From an uncultured bacterium (GTDB lineage: Bacteria > Hydrogenedentota > Hydrogenedentia > Hydrogenedentales > JAEUWI01): 32,483 bases of DNA. Location of the stretch: the NCBI GenBank assembly GCA_963977445.1, contig CAXBPH010000051.1, positions 1-32,483 on the forward strand, read 5' to 3'. Numbering within the stretch: position 1 is the first letter of the stretch; each line of letters opens with the position of its first letter. Made by a program: the position numbers and the translations under genes. This document shows, one piece after another, positions 27,197-32,483 of this stretch. The notes beneath the pieces were generated by a model that saw only the letters and a program-made list of their open reading frames with translations, did not search any database and was not told where the DNA came from.

Positions 27197-27919
27197 ATGG
27201 ATTGGAAGCGAATCAGGCGGCGTGAGGACGGCGTCCCCAGGAGCCCGTTGAGACAGCCGCTCACCCCGAAAGGGGAGTTGTGGTTACTGGCGGTAATTTC
27301 GGTGATCCTCTTTCTATTCTGGGATTCCCCGCTGATTCAACCCCTGAAATGGTTGACCGTCTTATTTCACGAGCTGAGTCATGGGCTCGTCGGGTTCCTG
27401 ACCGGTGGTCGGGTTATCTCATTAAACCTGACCCACCAAGAAGGGGGAATCTGCGTGGTCGCCGGGGGCAACCGGACCCTCACGCTCCTGGCGGGGTACC
27501 CCGGTAGTCTCTGCTGGGGATTGGGTGCCCTCTATCTGTCCCGAAAAGACCGTTGGACTGGTCCCCTTCTTTACGTACTTGGCGCGCTTCTCGTTCTTGT
27601 GGCCCTGTTTTATGTACGGCCCCTGATCGGTTTCGGCTTCTTCTTCAGCCTGGCCTTTGCCGTCGTTCTGGGGGCATTGGCCCATTGGGGAGGCCTTCAG
27701 GTGCGGCGACTTGCCCTTGTCACCATTGGCCTGAGTAGTTGTGTGTATGTGTTTCAAGATATCGCCGAAGATGTTTTCTGGAACACGGGTATGCCTTCCG
27801 ATGCGACCTTGTTGTTCCAACACACGGGCATTCCGGGGTTTATCTGGGGTCTCCTGTGGTATGGGGTCAGCATCGCGCTCGTAGTTTACGCCGTCTCAAC
27901 CCGGGCTCGTACCACCTGA
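27197..27919 (+). CDS. M50B-like membrane zinc metallopeptidase
   Basis: HELSHG (HExxH) in a hydrophobic context, AGY-G and SDA motifs, multiple TMs. Confidence 0.88.
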   Translation: MDWKRIRRREDGVPRSPLRQPLTPKGELWLLAVISVILFLFWDSPLIQPLKWLTVLFHELSHGLVGFLTGGRVISLNLTHQEGGICVVAGGNRTLTLLAGYPGSLCWGLGALYLSRKDRWTGPLLYVLGALLVLVALFYVRPLIGFGFFFSLAFAVVLGALAHWGGLQVRRLALVTIGLSSCVYVFQDIAEDVFWNTGMPSDATLLFQHTGIPGFIWGLLWYGVSIALVVYAVSTRARTT

Positions 27920-28209
27920 ATAGGGGCTGAGAACCCGGAAAAAAGTACATCCGGTGGGTGGGTGCACCGAAGAAAGGGCCCCAAGAGGGGACGTGATACT
28001 CAACGGACCGTAGGGATACTCACCCGGCCGTTCGAGAAGTTGTAGCCCCAGGCGTCGGAATTTGGGGTATAATGCCGTGTCGATAAGGAACACATGAAGC
28101 GTGGGGCATTGTAGGTATAATCCGCCTTTCTACGACCAGGCAGGTATAGCTAAGTTACCGACTGTAAACAAGCTATCCGGACGCCTGTGATTCCCAATTC
28201 GGGAATTAG

Positions 28210-28238
28210 TTGACACTTGGCAAGATTAATCGTACTAT
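28210..28238 (+). promoter_or_regulatory. Sigma70-type promoter for the VWA-OmpA gene
   Basis: TTGACA (28210-28215), 17-nt spacer, TACTAT (28233-28238); about 65 nt upstream of the ATG, which has an AAGGAG RBS. Confidence 0.7.
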
Positions 28239-28302
28239 GACACGCGCCTGTTTTGACTGGAGGGACGCCGTTTCTGGTGGTCTGAAAATGAAGGAGTGAA
28301 CA

Positions 28303-29352
28303 ATGCGCCACACTAATAAATGGCTATTCGGTATGCTGATTGCAGGTCTGAGTCTTGCGGGCTGTCATACTATGGGGAACAAATCTGTTGTTCCCGCTAC
28401 GGTCACCGTTCCCGGTGAAGGTGAACATGTTGGCGTGCAAGACGTCATGGTGGTGCTGGACGCCTCCGGTTCCATGTGGCCCGGCACGTCTTTTGCCTAT
28501 GGCAAAGCACTGACGGAATCAATGGTCCGAGGCTTTCCCGATGGAAGCTACGGGGCCGGTCTCCTGTCTTTCGGCGGAGAATGGCAATTTGAGTGGACCG
28601 ACTATCCCATGACGCCCTTGAATCGGGTGGCCTTGGAAGCGGCCGCCGCAGAAACTCGCTTCCTCGCTGGTTCCACACCGTTGGAAGAAGCGCTAGACTA
28701 TGCAGGAACCCGGTATCTCAATCCGAACCGCGCTCGTGCGTTGATTATCGTTTCCGACGGTAAGGCAGACCGCGACGCGGTGCTGGCCAAATGTGTCGCG
28801 CTATCCTACGGTCCAGTGCCCTTGTGTATTCACACCGTGCAGGTCGGCGATGATGCCGAAGGTGGTCGCCTGTTGTCCGACATGGCCAACCTGACACCCT
28901 GCGGTTCCTTCCGTCATGGTGACGCGATTGCCACGGACACAGGAATGGACGCGTTCGTCCGGGAAGTATTCTTCCAGGATCTCGCCGTCCTGGAGATGGT
29001 TGATAGCTCCGGCGGGAAAACCGTCCTCGGAAAAATCCTGTTTGCCACGGATAGCTCGGTGGTTACGCAGGAATATAATGAGCTTCTCGACAAAGTCGCG
29101 GGCATTCTGAAATCGACCAACGACGTATTCCTTTGCGTTGCGGGACACACCGATTCCACCGCGTCCAACAGCTACAACATGGCCCTTTCGATGCGCCGTG
29201 CTGAGTCTGTATGTAAGGCCCTGCGGGACCGGGGTGCCGGGAGCGATCGACTCTTTCCCAAGGCCTACGGCGAAGAGAGCCCAGCGGAGCCCAACAACAC
29301 GCCGGCCACCCGCCAGCAGAACCGACGTGTAGAGTTGCTGGTTATCGACTAA
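28303..29352 (+). CDS. Lipoprotein with VWA (MIDAS) domain and C-terminal OmpA-like peptidoglycan-binding domain
   Basis: Lipobox LAGC; VLDASGSM, GSTPL, VSDG; GHTDS, YNMALSMRRA, NRRVE. Confidence 0.92.
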   Translation: MRHTNKWLFGMLIAGLSLAGCHTMGNKSVVPATVTVPGEGEHVGVQDVMVVLDASGSMWPGTSFAYGKALTESMVRGFPDGSYGAGLLSFGGEWQFEWTDYPMTPLNRVALEAAAAETRFLAGSTPLEEALDYAGTRYLNPNRARALIIVSDGKADRDAVLAKCVALSYGPVPLCIHTVQVGDDAEGGRLLSDMANLTPCGSFRHGDAIATDTGMDAFVREVFFQDLAVLEMVDSSGGKTVLGKILFATDSSVVTQEYNELLDKVAGILKSTNDVFLCVAGHTDSTASNSYNMALSMRRAESVCKALRDRGAGSDRLFPKAYGEESPAEPNNTPATRQQNRRVELLVID

Positions 29353-29373
29353 GTTCAACAGCATAAAATTTCG

Positions 29374-29403
29374 GGCCCCGTGTACAACACACGGGGCCTT
29401 TTT
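29374..29403 (+). terminator. Rho-independent terminator after the VWA-OmpA gene
   Basis: GGCCCCGTGT-ACAAC-ACACGGGGCC (10-bp stem) followed by TTTTT. Confidence 0.9.
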
Positions 29404-29619
29404 CATTTTTCTTGAACGGCGTCTCACGAATTAACGTGGAAAAATGGAACCTGTGGGCTGATTCGGGTATTAGACCCCTACGTACATTCTATCGACAACG
29501 CCGCACGTTGATGGACCAGTCAGGTCCTACACACACCTGTTTTGCGGATACGGGCCGTTGTCCACACCAGTTATCTCATTGAGGGCAATGGGCATAGCTA
29601 TATCCAGGAGCAGTTTGAA

Positions 29620-29985
29620 ATGGATAATCCACTACACGTAAGCGCGTTTGACGCGTTGATTGACCGGGGTGTTGACCCCGGCGGCATCAATGACGGCACG
29701 ATTCAAGATGAAGTCCGGACCATGAACAGCACCCAGGTGCTTGAAGCCGGGGATTCGAGTGATTTGGCGTTGCTGGACACCTGGCGCAGCGAAAAGCTGA
29801 GCGAGCTCTTTTATCATGTAGAGTTTATGGTAGAACGACTGCGGACCCTCGTGGATTCGGGTGCCTTCGACGATGAAGACCCCGAGACACGGGAAACCGT
29901 CTACCGCCTCAACTTGTCGGCCAAATCTATCCAGCATCTGTCCAACCGGAGTGATGCGGCGATCCTTCGCGACAAAAGCGAATAG
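29620..29985 (+). CDS. Small acidic hypothetical protein
   Basis: ATG 29620 follows AGGAG; 121 aa; ends just before a strong hairpin. Alternative start at 29722. No family recognised. Confidence 0.6.
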   Translation: MDNPLHVSAFDALIDRGVDPGGINDGTIQDEVRTMNSTQVLEAGDSSDLALLDTWRSEKLSELFYHVEFMVERLRTLVDSGAFDDEDPETRETVYRLNLSAKSIQHLSNRSDAAILRDKSE

Positions 29986-30022
29986 ACCCCACGGGCAAAC
30001 CCGCCCCAAGCCCACGCAAAGC

Positions 30023-30057
30023 AAAAACGAGCCCGCACCAGTGGTGCGGGCTCGTTT
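30023..30057 (-). terminator. Rho-independent terminator for clpP (probably bidirectional)
   Basis: AAACGAGCCCGCACC-AGT-GGTGCGGGCTCGTTT inverted repeat between convergent genes; T-run on the minus strand. Confidence 0.88.
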
Positions 30058-30073
30058 ACTTAGTCGGGTCGTC

Positions 30074-30679
30074 TTATTTTATTTCTGCCATGGTGGTGAC
30101 GATTTTGGTAACCAGGCCATAGTCCAGCGCCTCTTCGGCATTCATCCAGAAGTTCCGGTCACTGTCTTTGGCGATTTTCTCAACGGGCTGTCCGGTTTCA
30201 TCCGAAATCAGCTTGTTGATCCGGGTCCGAATCTTCATGATTTCCTGGGCTTCAATCCGGATGTCGGAGGCCTGGCCACCTGCGCCGCCGCTGGGCTGGT
30301 GCAGGAGGTAGCGTGTGTTCGGCAGGGAGAAGCGTTTGCCTTTATCGCCGCCAAAGAGGATAGGCACGGCAATACTGGCCACCCAGCCCGCACCTATGGC
30401 GATTACGGGGGATTCAATAGCGCGCATCACATCGTGGATGGCGTAGCCCGAATCCACATGGCCACCTGGCGATGAGATGACCACCCGGATGGGTTCATGG
30501 GAGTCGCAATTCAGCACGAAGAGCTGGGTGATTACTTTCTCGGCAAGCTCCTGATCAACCGTGCCCGTGACGAGAATGGTCCGGGACTTGAGCATTTTTT
30601 GCATCATGCCCTCGGAAGCGCCCTTATCGTCTTCTTTTTTCTTGCCTTCTTCTTCGTCATCATGTCGGATATGGGTCAT
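30074..30679 (-). CDS. clpP: ATP-dependent Clp protease proteolytic subunit
   Basis: ISSPGGHV, GWVASIA (Ser), LLHQPSGG (His), DSDRNFWM-AEEALDYGLV. ATG 30679 preferred over 30721. Confidence 0.95.
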   Translation of the reverse strand: MTHIRHDDEEEGKKKEDDKGASEGMMQKMLKSRTILVTGTVDQELAEKVITQLFVLNCDSHEPIRVVISSPGGHVDSGYAIHDVMRAIESPVIAIGAGWVASIAVPILFGGDKGKRFSLPNTRYLLHQPSGGAGGQASDIRIEAQEIMKIRTRINKLISDETGQPVEKIAKDSDRNFWMNAEEALDYGLVTKIVTTMAEIK

Positions 30680-30817
30680 TACGGATCTTTCTATAGGTGT
30701 CGGTCCCGGCAGACCAGACATCAGGACACCCTCTCAGGTTGCCGAATGGGTTTGTATCGTCGCCTGTAAATGGCCGTATTCACAGCACCATATTGTGGCA
30801 CGATCCGCTAAATGGGT

Positions 30818-32482
30818 TCAAGGCACGAAGAGAGCGACGGCAGTTGATTCCTCAGGGCAGGTTATTCCCTTGACATGAAATACCGCCGTTGGCGTGGTCC
30901 CGGGGTAGACGGTTGCCAACAAGCGGTCGTCTTCATAGAGCTCCAGCGCCTTCAACTTCTCTTTTTCGTCTGCCTTAATTTCCCACCGAAGGACCGCCGG
31001 TGTGCTGCCAGGTTTGACCGAAAGGTCCCGAGGAGCAGGGTCCTGTCGAAAGACATATTCCTGTCGCTCCATCACATCCATGAAGGTTACACGGAGGCCC
31101 TCGGAGTCCAGGCAGGCTTCCGCTACGAGACCACCCGAGACAAATGGCCCGGTAATGGGTAATATCTGCAAGTTAACACCAGCGTTTCTGAGGATGGTGG
31201 CCAGGTCTTGCGCGTCCCAGTCTTCCAGCTTCAATTGTTGTTCCCGGTCACCCAGCAGGAGGGTTAGGCTTGCTCTAAGGGTCTCGACGGGAATGGGAGG
31301 TGATGGGGTGTCGGCTCCCTGACCCCGTCGGATTTCCAGAAGATTTGCCACATCGTCGAATTCCCCCAGATGGGTCAGGGCGCGTTCAAAGGTGAAGGGC
31401 GCATGTCCCCGGGGCCGGGTCGAAGCGGCATCGCGGAGGTCATCGAGAAAAGCTTGCTGATTTCGCACACGGAAGGGTAAATCGGGATTGGCAGTCCGTG
31501 GTGCCGCACAAAAATAGGCCACCGCGGCGTTATTCCGTCCTTGGGCAAGGCAAGAGCGCGCGTGCAGCAGCGTGTAGTCTGGTTGGTGCGGTTGACGCGT
31601 CAGCAAGCAGCGGAGCATGGCATCGAGTTCCGACCACTGCTCGGCCTCCAGAAGTGTTTCCCCACGGGCGGCCTGATTTCGCAGGTCGGTCGGTGCGAGG
31701 GGAAAAATACCCGTCAATTGAAGGAGCACACAGGCAATGGGCACGGCCCAGACGGAGGTGGCAGGGCGGAATGGGGTGTGCGCCGTCCAGGGGGCGTCCA
31801 GGGAAGCCGCAAGTCCGACGAAATAGACAACGCTGAGACCGGGTCGTACGCCGAGGCACAGATGAAGCAGGGCCAGGGTCAACAGCACAACCGGAAAGAC
31901 CAGCAGGCGGGGCTGAGACGTCGTCAAAGCCCGCAGGAGCGTCCGTGCGGCCACTCGGGCAACGATCCAGAGGGCAATTAGGGTGAGCATCATGGCGGCC
32001 GGTGGAAGGCGGTAGAGCGCCGGTTCTGTCCAGGTTGAGGCAAATTGGGGCAGTTGGGGCAGGAGGGAGCTCAGCCAGACTGCCACAAGGCCCCCGGCAA
32101 TGGCTCCGACGCGGCGGTGGCCCCTGGGAAAAGCGGGGTGTACGACGACCACGAGGTTGGCCAGGAATCCTGCGATAAAGAGCACAATGCCTGCGGACAC
32201 GGTTTCCGGGCCCGCCAGCAGCAGATTGGCGGGCGGAAATACCACGGTGGGGGGAATCCAGGCCAAGTTGGCCCCCCATTGGAGCAGAACCCCCGCGGCA
32301 CATGCCGCGCCAAAAGCAGTTACACTGAGTCGGGCGATCGTGCCGTTGGCTGCCAGGGTAAGTGGGGCCAGAAAGCTGATTCCGGCGAGGAGTAAATAGC
32401 CGGCCAAATCGTGATTACCCCGGAACAGGGTGAGGGCTATCGTCGGAATCAGGACCACTGCAGGCCACCAGTATTCCGCTGG
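30818..32482 (-). CDS. Multi-pass membrane protein with a C-terminal soluble (TPR-like) region; 5'-truncated
   Basis: At least 546 aa; frame open to the window end; many hydrophobic segments followed by a helical region (LLHARSCLAQGRNNAAVAYF). Confidence 0.7.
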   Translation of the reverse strand, partial: PAEYWWPAVVLIPTIALTLFRGNHDLAGYLLLAGISFLAPLTLAANGTIARLSVTAFGAACAAGVLLQWGANLAWIPPTVVFPPANLLLAGPETVSAGIVLFIAGFLANLVVVVHPAFPRGHRRVGAIAGGLVAVWLSSLLPQLPQFASTWTEPALYRLPPAAMMLTLIALWIVARVAARTLLRALTTSQPRLLVFPVVLLTLALLHLCLGVRPGLSVVYFVGLAASLDAPWTAHTPFRPATSVWAVPIACVLLQLTGIFPLAPTDLRNQAARGETLLEAEQWSELDAMLRCLLTRQPHQPDYTLLHARSCLAQGRNNAAVAYFCAAPRTANPDLPFRVRNQQAFLDDLRDAASTRPRGHAPFTFERALTHLGEFDDVANLLEIRRGQGADTPSPPIPVETLRASLTLLLGDREQQLKLEDWDAQDLATILRNAGVNLQILPITGPFVSGGLVAEACLDSEGLRVTFMDVMERQEYVFRQDPAPRDLSVKPGSTPAVLRWEIKADEKEKLKALELYEDDRLLATVYPGTTPTAVFHVKGITCPEESTAVALFVP

Positions 32483-32483
32483 G

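Overview
A GC-rich (~60% by eye) bacterial chromosomal segment with about 25 protein-coding genes; both end genes appear truncated by the window. Three sulfatases, secreted propeller/barrel hydrolase-like proteins and an orphan GspF suggest a polymer-degrading lineage such as Ca. Hydrogenedentota or PVC (inference only). Recognisable content: three Cys-type sulfatases, an MNT-HEPN toxin-antitoxin pair, a purple-acid-phosphatase-like enzyme, 3-hydroxyacyl-CoA dehydrogenase, an ACAD10/11 (LvaC/LvaA)-like dehydrogenase + phosphotransferase pair, a class C beta-lactamase-family hydrolase, AlgI/AlgJ-like O-acetylation genes, an ArsM-like methyltransferase, an LplT-acyltransferase fusion, myo-inositol oxygenase, an M50 peptidase, a VWA-OmpA lipoprotein and a ClpP with Asn at the catalytic Asp position. 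No rRNA, tRNA, CRISPR array or transposase was seen. The most unusual signal is non-coding. Three copies of a ~229-bp element (18404-18633, 18641-18868, 20059-20287) are each built from four related 14-15-bp GGGGAC motifs in alternating orientation, with 75-76-bp spacers of fixed length. The 20-bp core is inverted between copies 1 and 3. Also present are a second REP-doublet family with a compensatory base change flanking an orphan gene, and inverted 9-mer and tandem 7-mer microrepeats.
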